From: an uncultured archaeon
Lineage (GTDB): Archaea; Aenigmatarchaeota; Aenigmatarchaeia; Aenigmatarchaeales; Aenigmatarchaeaceae
DNA length: 64,000 nt
Direction: 5' to 3'
Assembly (NCBI GenBank): GCA_964353745.1
Contig: CAYGWD010000001.1
Coordinates: forward strand, 3,440 to 67,439
Shown: piece after piece, positions 19,659 through 29,947 of the stretch
How positions within the stretch are numbered: position 1 is the stretch's first letter
Layout of the letters: each line of letters begins with the position of its first letter
The notes under the pieces: generated by a model
What the model saw: only the letters and a program-made list of their open reading frames with translations
Databases searched by the model: none
Told to the model about the DNA's origin: nothing
Program-made: the position numbers and the translations under genes

Positions 19659-20302
19659 TTTGTATCCTTTCCCCTTTTTAGTAATTTGTTTGCATTATAA
19701 ACTCCAGAAGCAAGCCAAGCTGGAATATGTTCGATAATACCTCCACCTACATTACGCCAAGCTAAGGTATTTTGTTGATAGCCTGTTAAAGCTTCATGAT
19801 TAACTTCTATTAAATCCTGTGAAAGTGGAAAATATTGCGCTGCATAATCTGCGGCATGATTTACTGGTGGTGCATAACTAAAAGGATTGATGTTACCAAA
19901 ATCAAACAGAGGTTTGCCTGTAAAATTCCCAGTATTAGCGACTCCTGTCGGCATTCCTGATGAAAAATCAAGTGGACGTTTAGAAATTTCTCTTTCAAAA
20001 TCAAATCTATAGTGTGCAGTTGTTAAACCCAAAGCTAAAGAAATTAGAGATGGTATTGCTATAGATAATATAGTTCCTTTATGCCTTCCTATCACACTAC
20101 TGCTGGTTGGATCATTAACGAACATATAACTAACTTTTTCTCCAATCTCATCTATTCGTTTATTTACTTTACCTAAAGTATCTTTTATTTTATAAATTGT
20201 AGATTGATTTGTCATTCCTAGCAAAGACTTTTCACCTTCTTCACTTAATCTGTAATAATCAGCTATTTCGTCTCTAGAACCATATTTTAGCATATTAATC
20301 AT
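19649..20302 (-). CDS. hypothetical membrane-associated protein
   Basis: 217 aa with a hydrophobic segment; stop overlaps the subtilase start. Confidence 0.6.
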   Translation of the reverse strand: MINMLKYGSRDEIADYYRLSEEGEKSLLGMTNQSTIYKIKDTLGKVNKRIDEIGEKVSYMFVNDPTSSSVIGRHKGTILSIAIPSLISLALGLTTAHYRFDFEREISKRPLDFSSGMPTGVANTGNFTGKPLFDFGNINPFSYAPPVNHAADYAAQYFPLSQDLIEVNHEALTGYQQNTLAWRNVGGGIIEHIPAWLASGVYNANKLLKRGKDTKWK

Positions 20303-20411
20303 TATAACCTTATTTAAAAACTATGGATAAAAAACATTTAAAAGCAATATTATATTTAAATCTAACTACGACTATTGCATAATTTTTATTAAGAACTCAA
20401 GCCGAGTTAAA

Positions 20412-20888
20412 TCAGTAAATCTTGATGTTTTTCTCTTCTTTTTTCTTAATTTCCTTTTTCGGCATTACAACCTCTAGAACACCGTTTTCAAACTTTGTTT
20501 TTACTCCTTCAGTTTTAACTTCTTCTGGCAAATTCATAACTCTGCTGACAGAGTTAAAACCTTTTTCCATCCTGAAGAATGTTTTGTCCTTATCGATTGA
20601 TTGTCTCTTCTTCTCAGCAGATATGAAAACTGCTCTTGGTGTAATTTTTAGTTTTATTTCGTCTTTAGAAAAAATAGGAAGCTCTGCTCTCAACACCAAT
20701 TCTCCATCTGTTTCTCCTATTCTAACTGGTATGAATCTTGATTCAAAATCTGGAACTTTAATTAGCTTGTCTAAATTCAAAAAAGGTTTCCTAAAAACTT
20801 CTTGCATGTTTCCAAAGAAATCATCCTGCATTCCCCTAAAATCATCAAGAGGTTCTTCAAACCAAAGTAATGACCTTTTCTTAGCCAT
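20412..20888 (-). CDS. small heat shock protein (Hsp20/alpha-crystallin)
   Basis: LRAELP..KDEIKL, LPEEV, KFENGVLEVVMPK, C-terminal IKI. Confidence 0.92.
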   Translation of the reverse strand: MAKKRSLLWFEEPLDDFRGMQDDFFGNMQEVFRKPFLNLDKLIKVPDFESRFIPVRIGETDGELVLRAELPIFSKDEIKLKITPRAVFISAEKKRQSIDKDKTFFRMEKGFNSVSRVMNLPEEVKTEGVKTKFENGVLEVVMPKKEIKKKEEKNIKIY

Positions 20889-20982
20889 AATTACACCTAG
20901 TTAGTATATGCGTACACCAGAAATATTTAAACTTATATGATGACAGGCTCTGTTAAGGAATAAGTTAGAATTTATAGAATTA

Positions 20983-23748
20983 TCATATATCTGTAAATTT
21001 CTCTTCTTCAACATTATTGGTCTTTCTTGCCAAGCTTTCCAAATAAGAGGTCTTCTTATGATTGTTAGTTTTCTTAGAAATTTTTCCTAGGTAATAGCTT
21101 ATCTTGGTTCTTTGCAAGAAAATGAAGACACAGGCGATTATTGCAACCACTATAACTATCACAGTGGTTAAAATGGATGTTTGAACTGGCGCTGTAACAG
21201 TTGTCTCTCCTCTATTCACGGTACAGCTCTGCGACTCGCTAGGCTTACCGGCTGTCGTGCCGCAGCTGTTAGCATCAGTGCATGTCCTAGTCTGTTGACT
21301 GTTTGCACAGGCAGACCAATCCCCGCATGTCCAAGACTCTGTGCATGCAGCAGGCGTTTCAGGGATTATGGGTGCGCCGCCTGTGGTTCCTATGACGAAC
21401 ACAGACAGGCCTGGTGAACTTACTTTGTAAAATACTTCTCTATCGTCTTCAGATACTTTAACTGCGCTCAAATCATTCCATTTATTGTTTGACCACCTGT
21501 AAAGAGTAATGTTAGAAGCGCTAATATTGTTATTCGTCAGCCATGTCTTGTTGACGGCAAAAGAAATATTAACTACTCTAATGTCAGAATCTGTAAAGTT
21601 TAGTTTATCCACGCTAATGTAATTATAGACCTTTCCGTCGATATCATAAGGAACTGATGATGGCAAATTTGCTAATTTCAAGGTCATTATCTTTATGTTT
21701 GCCACATTGTTTACAACTGTAATATTCAATCCTCTTATTGCCACGTCCTGATATCTTGCTATTTTTGCAATCAGCTTTCCGTCTGTCGTGAGATAGTTTG
21801 CTGTGATGTTTGCTTTACCGACTGCAAGGTTGATGTAAGTAACCATGCCTGTTGATGTAATGCCGCTAATTGAAGACCCGCTTGTGGTAGTTGTGGGTGT
21901 AGCCGCAGCAGTTACTACTATGACCACTGTATATATGCTTGAATTAGCAGACCAATTTTCTCCTGCTGTGGAATTTAACATATAGGTATAAGTACTCGCC
22001 GTTGACTGTGTATAAGCAGAAAAACTTGTGGTACCATTAGCGAGGCTAACAAAACTTGTATCTCTCCAAAAACTATAATTGACATCCGCATCACCACCAT
22101 TACTTTCTAATGGTGTTATGCTTGCAGTGTTTGGTAATGTAACATTAGAACCTGATATTGAACCTGTAGTTGCACCCTTGCTTATGTTCCACCATAGGAA
22201 AACAACAGAACTAGCTGAATAATTTTGATCAGCAATAACGGATGCGTTGAAATAATTATTATAAGCACCCCATTGCCTTATATCATTTGCTGTTGATGAA
22301 GCACTAACTAACGATGTTCCGTTTCTCCATATCGTAACGTTTGCTCCTGTTATGTTAGCTACAGCTGTGGCATTAATTGTAGAATTAGGATAGGTTGATG
22401 TTATGTTGTTTATGGTTCCATTTAAGTATAGTATTACCGAAGTTGCTGCTAGATTAATAGTAGCATTCAAATTAGTAGAAGAAGCTGAGTAGTTTTCACC
22501 AGTATCATAAACTGCAGTAAAGTTATGGAGTCCTCCTCCCCACAAATTTGTATTATTACAAGAAGTTGCTCCAGAACATATGCTTAAACTATTTCTATAA
22601 ATATTAATAGCTAATCCTGTTACATTTATAACTGCTGTGATATTGAGAGTAGAATTGGGATAAGTTGATGTCCAGTTTGCTTGTGTTCCATTTATAAATA
22701 GATTTATTGAAGTTGGTCCTTTAGACACATTAAACCATAGGAAAACGTTAACGCTGTCCGTATAATTATCATTACCAAGAACCCGGGCAGTGAAATTATT
22801 GTTAGAAGCATTCCATTGCGAGATGTTCCATGCAGTGCCAGTTGCATTACTTATTAAAGTTCCACTTCTCCACAATTGAACATAAAGTCCAGAAACATTA
22901 GAGACTGCCGTGACGTTTATCGTGGAATTGGGATAGGTTGATGTTATATTCGCTACTGTATCATTTAAATACAAAGTGGCCAAAGTCGCCGCTTGTGCTA
23001 TATAAATTATGACAGGACTTGATGCGTTCATATTGCCCCTTGTATCATTGGCATAGGATTTCCATTGCCATATTCCTGCAGGCAGAACTGCTGAATAATT
23101 ATAAATTCCTCCACCATAAGTGGGAGTCGTCGAAGCATTGGAGTTAGACCAGTTCCCTTCTATCAAAACTGTTGATATGTCCACATTGTCTGCCCAAGTG
23201 ATATTGAATCGAGACGGCGTTGATGAATAGATTAAAGGTGTAACATTTGATTGTCCAGACCATGTTGGATACGTAGTGTCATTAACTGTCACAGAAACAT
23301 TAGTAGAATTATAAACTCCAGCTGTATCTAAGGTTGAAACATTAAAATTATATGCAACGCTTGCATTCGAAGGTACAATTACATTTATAGAAAAGTATTG
23401 CGTGTCGCCTCCGCTGACAACAAAGCCTGTTTCTGTTGTATTAACCCAAGAGACTAGCTGGCCAGCACTTGAAAAAATCGTACCGCTTGCCGTTGTTGTA
23501 TTGCTAGCGGCTATAAAACCAAAACCGGCTGGCAGGGTTATATTAACTTGAGTTATATTCCCAGTTGCATTGATATTGACGATGGTAAAGTTTAGAATTT
23601 GATTGGTTGTGCTTGCATTTACATTAGTCGGGTTTACGTTAGAAGTAAAGGGTATGCTAAACACCGGCAAAACAAAAATCAAAATCAGTGCAATTGCTAA
23701 GAGTACTGCAAAAGATAATCCTATTTTAACAAACCCTTTCCTATTCAA
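20983..23748 (-). CDS. large surface/S-layer-like glycoprotein with Ig-like repeats, PGF-pre-PGF domain and C-terminal TM anchor
   Basis: Signal peptide, three TSTYPNST repeats, ~60 N-x-S/T sequons, VYNYISV...SPGLSVFVI, CTESWTCGDWSAC motif, TM helix. Confidence 0.8.
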   Translation of the reverse strand: MNRKGFVKIGLSFAVLLAIALILIFVLPVFSIPFTSNVNPTNVNASTTNQILNFTIVNINATGNITQVNITLPAGFGFIAASNTTTASGTIFSSAGQLVSWVNTTETGFVVSGGDTQYFSINVIVPSNASVAYNFNVSTLDTAGVYNSTNVSVTVNDTTYPTWSGQSNVTPLIYSSTPSRFNITWADNVDISTVLIEGNWSNSNASTTPTYGGGIYNYSAVLPAGIWQWKSYANDTRGNMNASSPVIIYIAQAATLATLYLNDTVANITSTYPNSTINVTAVSNVSGLYVQLWRSGTLISNATGTAWNISQWNASNNNFTARVLGNDNYTDSVNVFLWFNVSKGPTSINLFINGTQANWTSTYPNSTLNITAVINVTGLAINIYRNSLSICSGATSCNNTNLWGGGLHNFTAVYDTGENYSASSTNLNATINLAATSVILYLNGTINNITSTYPNSTINATAVANITGANVTIWRNGTSLVSASSTANDIRQWGAYNNYFNASVIADQNYSASSVVFLWWNISKGATTGSISGSNVTLPNTASITPLESNGGDADVNYSFWRDTSFVSLANGTTSFSAYTQSTASTYTYMLNSTAGENWSANSSIYTVVIVVTAAATPTTTTSGSSISGITSTGMVTYINLAVGKANITANYLTTDGKLIAKIARYQDVAIRGLNITVVNNVANIKIMTLKLANLPSSVPYDIDGKVYNYISVDKLNFTDSDIRVVNISFAVNKTWLTNNNISASNITLYRWSNNKWNDLSAVKVSEDDREVFYKVSSPGLSVFVIGTTGGAPIIPETPAACTESWTCGDWSACANSQQTRTCTDANSCGTTAGKPSESQSCTVNRGETTVTAPVQTSILTTVIVIVVAIIACVFIFLQRTKISYYLGKISKKTNNHKKTSYLESLARKTNNVEEEKFTDI

Positions 23749-23810
23749 GATAACACCTTTTTATGATAAAGATAATTAAAAAACCTGCATATAAAGGTTT
23801 CTTCTAAGCC

Positions 23811-23896
23811 GGCTTTGTGTAGATAGTAAAAATGAAGCTTGACTTTATACACAACCTAAGGACTTTTTACACAAAAGATACTTGTTACACAAAGCT
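23811..23896. mobile_element. putative MITE (86 bp)
   Basis: 18-bp imperfect terminal IRs (14/18) flanked by the 9-bp direct repeat TTCTAAGCC (23802..23810, 23897..23905). Confidence 0.55.
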
Positions 23897-23947
23897 TTCT
23901 AAGCCATGAAAAGAAGAGATTTATTCTAAGAAATGTTATTTAATTAA

Positions 23948-25108
23948 ATGGAAATACCTTTTTTCAAAGAGGACCTTATAAGAAAGGGGCTCTTAGTCTT
24001 CATAGCATCTTTATCCGGAGGCATAGTGGCTTTTTTTGCTAACCTGATTATTGCTAATATACTCCTCCCGACATCCACTTATTCATTTGGCATGTTCAAG
24101 ACCATCATCTACTTGTTCACTTTCCTGCCCAGCATAATAGATCTTGGAATAAGCACCAGCTTGACAAAGTATGTGGCCGAGTTCAAGGAATACGGCAAGA
24201 AAAAACACGTGATAAGGTGGTTTTTGAAAATTAAGTTTGTAACTTATGTTTTTTTGATTTTGGCAATTTTCTTGTTTAAGGATTATATAGCCTTTTACTT
24301 TACAAAGGACGTTTCCAATAACTATCTTGTCATTGCTGGCACCTTTTTGGCAATTTCTTCATTTTTCACAACTTTCAATGCTATTGTGCTCGGACTGAAA
24401 AACTTCAAGCTCTTTAGCCTTTCCCTGTTCCTTGGTTCCACTTTACCTGCTGTTTTTGCTGTATTGTTAAGCTCTTTTGGAATCTTCTATATGACTTTAG
24501 GTTGGGGGATTGGGTTTATAGCGAGCAGTATGCCTAACATTTTATACCTATTTAGAAAAAGAATATTCAGTGGTTATAGAAAAGTTGATGTTAAGAAGCT
24601 GTTCTTTAGATTTAGTCTGCCTATATTTCCTATAGAACTAACTGGAGCTTTGTTCGGCTCAATAGTGCCTCTTCTGAGTTTGTTCTTCTCCCAGAAACTC
24701 ATAAGCTATTACTCCTTTGCATTTATGTTTTATTGGGCAGCCCAGTTGGTTCCAAGCTCTTTGTCATCGGTCATGTTTCCAACAATATCTGGATTGAGCG
24801 GTTTGGGGAGGCATGAAAACGCGAAGAGCATCCTAAGAAAGACCTTTCTCTATTACGGTTTGTTCGCGGTGATAGGTTTTATCTTCGTATTATTATTTTC
24901 AGACTGGTTCATAAGTGTTGTGTCAGCGAACTACTTGCCTAGTTTGTATATGTTCAAGATAATTGTCTCTTTGAGCTTCTTGTTCGGCTTTAATATTATT
25001 TATGCAAGCTACCTAAAGGGTCTTGGAAAGGTCAAGAAGTATGCCTTGTTTGTGCTAACCCAGAACATTATATTGCTATTGATAAGCTTCTTTATACTGA
25101 GTATCTGA
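23948..25108 (+). CDS. Wzx/MOP-family oligosaccharide flippase
   Basis: Multi-TM; DLGISTSLTKYVAE, ISYYSFA, VMFPTIS; directly upstream of aglB. Confidence 0.85.
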   Translation: MEIPFFKEDLIRKGLLVFIASLSGGIVAFFANLIIANILLPTSTYSFGMFKTIIYLFTFLPSIIDLGISTSLTKYVAEFKEYGKKKHVIRWFLKIKFVTYVFLILAIFLFKDYIAFYFTKDVSNNYLVIAGTFLAISSFFTTFNAIVLGLKNFKLFSLSLFLGSTLPAVFAVLLSSFGIFYMTLGWGIGFIASSMPNILYLFRKRIFSGYRKVDVKKLFFRFSLPIFPIELTGALFGSIVPLLSLFFSQKLISYYSFAFMFYWAAQLVPSSLSSVMFPTISGLSGLGRHENAKSILRKTFLYYGLFAVIGFIFVLLFSDWFISVVSANYLPSLYMFKIIVSLSFLFGFNIIYASYLKGLGKVKKYALFVLTQNIILLLISFFILSI

Positions 25109-25163
25109 GAAAATTATATCTTTTTATATTTGCCACTCCAAATTTTGTTATCAAAGTGGTTTA

Positions 25164-27254
25164 ATGGATTTTAGACTGAAAAAATACTGGTATGTTTTTG
25201 TATTGCTGCTTATAGTGTTATTCTCTTATTATATAAGGTCACTGAATATAATCCCAGATAGGCTGCTTTCATTTGACCCCATTTTCCAATATAGGTTCAC
25301 AAAATATCTGGCTGATTGGGGCCATATGCCAGTTTGGGACGAGCTGACATACTATGTTGGCAGGCTGGCCGACTTCTCTGAGACACAACCCTTTATGTAC
25401 TATGTGACTGCCTTGGTTTACTGGATTTTCGCACCATTGTGGAATTTGAGTTTAATGACTGTGGCATCTTATATGTCTGCCATTTATGGAGCTCTGATAG
25501 TCATCCCATCATTCTTGCTCGGAAAGGAACTCTCAAACAAATATGGCGGATTGATGGCAGCTGTTTTGATGGGGACCGCGCCACAGATATTGACAAGAAC
25601 TTTCGGAAGCTCATATGATACTGACCAGGTTGTAATGTTTTTTCTAATTCTAACCCTATATTCAGGTTTTATATTATTGAGAAGGAGAACTATACCTAAT
25701 TTTTGCCTGGCTTTGATAAGTTTTTCAGGATTCATGCTCACTTGGAAGTTCTTCCCATACGCTTACATGATACTTGGCGCCTCGGTTGTAATCTATTTCC
25801 TAATAAACATACTTTTTGAAATAAGAGCGAAGAAAAAGTTTTCTGAAAAGGTTAAAAACAGTTTTAATAACATCAAGCCACAGATAATTGCTCTGATTGT
25901 TTTGCTTGTTGGAATTTTTATAGTAGGCGTACTAAGCAACACCAATGTAATCGTTAGTTTCTATGACTTGTTAGGCTTTGCACAAAGCGCAGAGAAATGG
26001 ATAGTGAACATTTCTATTGCAGAACTACAGCCATTCAGTATTTTCAACTTGGAAGGTTGGATCACCGCAATGGGAAGATTCATCTCAGGAGACATAATCA
26101 TAGACATGCTGGTATTTCTGCTTTTCGTGATATTCCTTGCCTTTGGAATTTTTACTAACATGAAAAAAAAGGATGCGATAGTAAGCTCCTTCCTAATCAC
26201 GCTATTCTTGATAGCTATATACACATCATTCAGAGGTATACGTTTTACAGAGTACACCGCATCCTTCTTTATAATACTGGTTTCAGTAGGTTTTGGAAGC
26301 CTTGTAGAATTCGGTAAAAAAGATGTCTTATACAAAAGTATCTTCTTAGGCTTTGGTATTCTGATAATTCTTTTTGCTCTAAACATCAGTTTTCAGCTTG
26401 GAAAGAGTCTAGGGCCTGATGTGAACTCCAACTGGGACAATGCATGGACCTTCCTCAACACCAAAACTCCAGAACTTTCCATTGTGGGCACTTGGTGGGA
26501 CCCTGGTCACATGATAACAGGCCTGGCCGAGAGGAGAGTTTTTGCAGATGGAGCCCACTGTGAAGAAGGCAACGACAATCAAAACGCATGCCTCTATACG
26601 ATTAATGATAGGATAGCAGACTTGGGAAAGATAATGGTGACTTCAGATGAGAACGAGTCCTTAAGTCTGATAAGAAAATATCAGGGCGATTCACCAAAGG
26701 TTTATTGGATTGCTTCTGACGACTTGATAGGAAAATTCCAATGGTTGCAGTACTTTGGAACAGGATGCGATGCTAGAACAGATCAGAATTGCCCGCTGTA
26801 CATGCAAATACCTGAAAACTCACAAGGCAGGTTGGCTGATAACAACGGTAACCTGGTTTTCAGAAGCTACCCACTAGGGCAACAGACACAAATCCTAATT
26901 TATAACAGCCAAGTACCTATACCCATCTACATACAAGGAATAAACGCTGTATTGTTCGATGAATTCATTGTTTATAATAACACGCAACCTATCGCCATAA
27001 GGTTCAACGAAACTGAAAAAAATGCTCTTGTAACCAGTCTCAAACCTTTAGAAAGTCAATTGAATGTCAGGTTTTCCAATCAAACAATACCAATGACTGT
27101 TTGGATACCGAACTTCTATGATTATATTGTGGTGATACCGCCTACTCTCAGAAATTCTGTGTTCACCAAGATGTTCATGCTGGAGGGCCAAGGATTAGAT
27201 CATTTCAAAGAAGTGTTTAGGAATGAGCAAGTTAAAATATACGAAGTGGTATGA
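25164..27254 (+). CDS. aglB: oligosaccharyltransferase AglB/STT3
   Basis: FDP, YDTD, SIAEL, WWDPGH motif, DLIGK, many TM helices. Confidence 0.93.
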   Translation: MDFRLKKYWYVFVLLLIVLFSYYIRSLNIIPDRLLSFDPIFQYRFTKYLADWGHMPVWDELTYYVGRLADFSETQPFMYYVTALVYWIFAPLWNLSLMTVASYMSAIYGALIVIPSFLLGKELSNKYGGLMAAVLMGTAPQILTRTFGSSYDTDQVVMFFLILTLYSGFILLRRRTIPNFCLALISFSGFMLTWKFFPYAYMILGASVVIYFLINILFEIRAKKKFSEKVKNSFNNIKPQIIALIVLLVGIFIVGVLSNTNVIVSFYDLLGFAQSAEKWIVNISIAELQPFSIFNLEGWITAMGRFISGDIIIDMLVFLLFVIFLAFGIFTNMKKKDAIVSSFLITLFLIAIYTSFRGIRFTEYTASFFIILVSVGFGSLVEFGKKDVLYKSIFLGFGILIILFALNISFQLGKSLGPDVNSNWDNAWTFLNTKTPELSIVGTWWDPGHMITGLAERRVFADGAHCEEGNDNQNACLYTINDRIADLGKIMVTSDENESLSLIRKYQGDSPKVYWIASDDLIGKFQWLQYFGTGCDARTDQNCPLYMQIPENSQGRLADNNGNLVFRSYPLGQQTQILIYNSQVPIPIYIQGINAVLFDEFIVYNNTQPIAIRFNETEKNALVTSLKPLESQLNVRFSNQTIPMTVWIPNFYDYIVVIPPTLRNSVFTKMFMLEGQGLDHFKEVFRNEQVKIYEVV

Positions 27255-27282
27255 GCTTCTTATTTTGTAATGATGATGAACT

Positions 27283-27939
27283 ATGAAATGCAATATTATA
27301 GCAGTTATACCAGCTTATAACGAAGGTAAGAAAATAGCGAATGTTGTCAAGGGTGCTAGAAAGTATGTTGACAAAACAATTGTTATCGATGATCATTCTT
27401 CAGACAATACTTATGAAATTGCTCGTAAGTGTGGCGCAGAAGTCATAAGGCTGGAAAAAAATAATGGAGTTGGATTCGCAACAAGAGTTGGCATAAAGAG
27501 AGCTCTATCATTAAAACCTAAGATTGTAATATTCCTTGATGGCGACGGCCAGCACGACCCAAAATACATTCCCTATTTCTTAAAGGCCATAGAGAATGGA
27601 GCTAACTATGTTTATGGTTATAGGGATTTGTCAAATTATCCGATGAGCAGAAGGTTGGGAAACTTTGGGCTCACAACCCTGATAAATCTAATATGCCGCA
27701 AAAACATAGCAGACGCAGAATGCGGCTACAGGGCCATTGATGCAGAATCTCTTAAGAAGCTGAATCTAAGGGCTAAAAGATATGAAAGAGAAATGGATTT
27801 TATTTATGAAGTCTGGAAAAACAAGTTAAAGGTCGACCATGTGAACATTATAGTTTCTACATATTATCCGAAGTATGCGGTGGTTAGGGGTTTTATGAAC
27901 TTCTTTTTCTTCATAAAGAGAAGAATAGGCAATTCATAA
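27283..27939 (+). CDS. GT2 DPM1-like (polyprenol-phosphate glycosyltransferase)
   Basis: VIPAYNE, DDHSSD, DGDGQHDP, DAECGYRA. Confidence 0.88.
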   Translation: MKCNIIAVIPAYNEGKKIANVVKGARKYVDKTIVIDDHSSDNTYEIARKCGAEVIRLEKNNGVGFATRVGIKRALSLKPKIVIFLDGDGQHDPKYIPYFLKAIENGANYVYGYRDLSNYPMSRRLGNFGLTTLINLICRKNIADAECGYRAIDAESLKKLNLRAKRYEREMDFIYEVWKNKLKVDHVNIIVSTYYPKYAVVRGFMNFFFFIKRRIGNS

Positions 27940-28887
27940 TTTTACAAGCCCGTAAAAGAAACCAACAAAACAAACTATTGTTCTAATAAACAAAATTATA
28001 AATGCGTAAAAGAACTGAAGTTTTTCTGTTTTAAACAGGAATCTAAAAAATTTATAATAGACAAAGTAGAACAAGATTAGACTTGCTATAGAAACATAAA
28101 GTAAATTTGAGTTAAACATGCTTAACAGTAGGGTAAGCAGAAAAATCGACATGAAGAAAGATGCCATAGGTATCTCTTTACCAGTATAGCTCTCTCCCAA
28201 GATTTTTTTCGGAAACTTTTTGTACATCAAGATTCTCCAGTAAGCTCTCCAATACTGGCTTCTAAGATATTTTTTCAGGGAATCTGGATGAGGATGCCAA
28301 ACAAACATTTTTTTATCAAGTATCAGCTTGTATTGTCTGGATATTCTAAATGATAGTTCAGGATCTTCACCAGAAGCTGTTAAGAACTTTTCATCAAAAC
28401 CACCAAACTTCAGAAATATATCTCTCTTGTAAGCACAACAATAAGTCCCTAGAAAGTCCGTGAACCTTTTCTCCTTTTCATGCCTGAATCCTATCTCATA
28501 GCCAACATACCTTGCTATCAAGCTTTCCTTATTCAATGTTCTGTAAGTTCCTCCTACGCCTGCGATATCATATTTCTTAAAATCATCTGAAACTCTCTTT
28601 AGCAAGTCTTTTGAAACAATGCAATCAGAGTCCGTGAAAAGAATTATATCTCCTCTCGCAGCCTTGGCACCAAAGTTTCTCTGTGTGGCTGGTCCCGCAT
28701 GTTTTCTGGCAAAGACTCTTACATTCTTAGTCTGTTTTAATATCTTTACCGTATTGTCCTTAGAGCCGTCGTCCACAACGATGACTTCAAATTGATTTTT
28801 AGGAAAAGCAGAGTTCAAGACAGATCTTAGAGTTTCTGCTACTGTTTTTTCTGCGTTGTACGCCGGTATAATAACAGAAATTTGCAT
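27934..28887 (-). CDS. GT2 glycosyltransferase with C-terminal TM helices
   Basis: SVIIPAYN, DDGSKD, FTDSDC, GGFDE, GED. Confidence 0.9.
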   Translation of the reverse strand: MQISVIIPAYNAEKTVAETLRSVLNSAFPKNQFEVIVVDDGSKDNTVKILKQTKNVRVFARKHAGPATQRNFGAKAARGDIILFTDSDCIVSKDLLKRVSDDFKKYDIAGVGGTYRTLNKESLIARYVGYEIGFRHEKEKRFTDFLGTYCCAYKRDIFLKFGGFDEKFLTASGEDPELSFRISRQYKLILDKKMFVWHPHPDSLKKYLRSQYWRAYWRILMYKKFPKKILGESYTGKEIPMASFFMSIFLLTLLLSMFNSNLLYVSIASLILFYFVYYKFFRFLFKTEKLQFFYAFIILFIRTIVCFVGFFYGLVKL

Positions 28888-28918
28888 AATTATGATTATC
28901 AAGAGCAAGATAAATAAA

Positions 28919-29947
28919 TTATGAACCCATGAAATTGTTCAAGTCATCTTTAAATTTGGCTATGATAACATCCCAGTCAAAATTCTTTCTGACGAACTCT
29001 CTTCCTCTTCTTGCCTTTTCCTTGTCAGGATTTTTCAATGCCTTTAATATCTGTTTCTTGAAAATTCCATTATCCTCTGTTGGAAAACTGTACACATAGT
29101 CTGAAAACAGGGAAATATCACCGATTGTATTGCAGATAGTTGGTATGCCTGCTGCCAAGTATTCTCTCACTTTGATAGACGATCTATATTGATTGGCAAA
29201 ATTATCCCTCAGATAGTTTACCGCAACACTAGCCTCTGATATAATTTGTGGTATGCTTTCATGCTCAACATAACCGAGAAACTCCACAGCGTTGGATATT
29301 CCCATTTCTTCAGTCAAATTTTTGAAGTATTTTAAATAAGGACCGCTACCTATAATCTGCAATTTAACATTTTTTTCTTCCTTTAGAACTTCCTTAAAGA
29401 CCTTAAAGATGACGTCCACATCCCAAGCAGCTGGGCCCAGGTATGCCGCATAAACTATCTTTTTTTGCTTTGAAGGTTTCCACTTTATGTTCTTAAACAA
29501 TGAAAAGTCTATGCCCTGAGGAAGAAATATTATCTTTTTCTCCGGTATTCTTAGATTTTTAATTATGTAACTTTTTAGATTGGGAGTGTGCGTCGTAACG
29601 ACGTTAAAAAACAAAGGGAAAATCTTGTCGTTGAGAATCATTAGGTATTTCATCAAGATTCTTAAATAGCCCTTACCCCTGTCCCAGTAACCCCATTCAA
29701 GGTCGTCTATGTCTAAAATCAGAAAATCATTTTTGAAGAATTTTCTAAACAAAGAAGGTATGCATGAACCCCATAGAGTCTTCGATGCAAAAACAACATC
29801 AGCATGAGAGAAAAACTTCTGCCTTTTCGTTTCTGCAATCTCAACCTTATAGCCTAGTTTTCTTAGAGATTTGGCTATCCCCAATAACCTCAAACCTGTC
29901 CCAGACTTGATGCTAACAGAAGGTATTATTAAAATTTTCATATCCAA
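28919..29947 (-). CDS. GT4 glycosyltransferase
   Basis: IIGSGP, FLGYV, KVREYLAAGIPTI, FDWD. Confidence 0.88.
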   Translation of the reverse strand: MDMKILIIPSVSIKSGTGLRLLGIAKSLRKLGYKVEIAETKRQKFFSHADVVFASKTLWGSCIPSLFRKFFKNDFLILDIDDLEWGYWDRGKGYLRILMKYLMILNDKIFPLFFNVVTTHTPNLKSYIIKNLRIPEKKIIFLPQGIDFSLFKNIKWKPSKQKKIVYAAYLGPAAWDVDVIFKVFKEVLKEEKNVKLQIIGSGPYLKYFKNLTEEMGISNAVEFLGYVEHESIPQIISEASVAVNYLRDNFANQYRSSIKVREYLAAGIPTICNTIGDISLFSDYVYSFPTEDNGIFKKQILKALKNPDKEKARRGREFVRKNFDWDVIIAKFKDDLNNFMGS

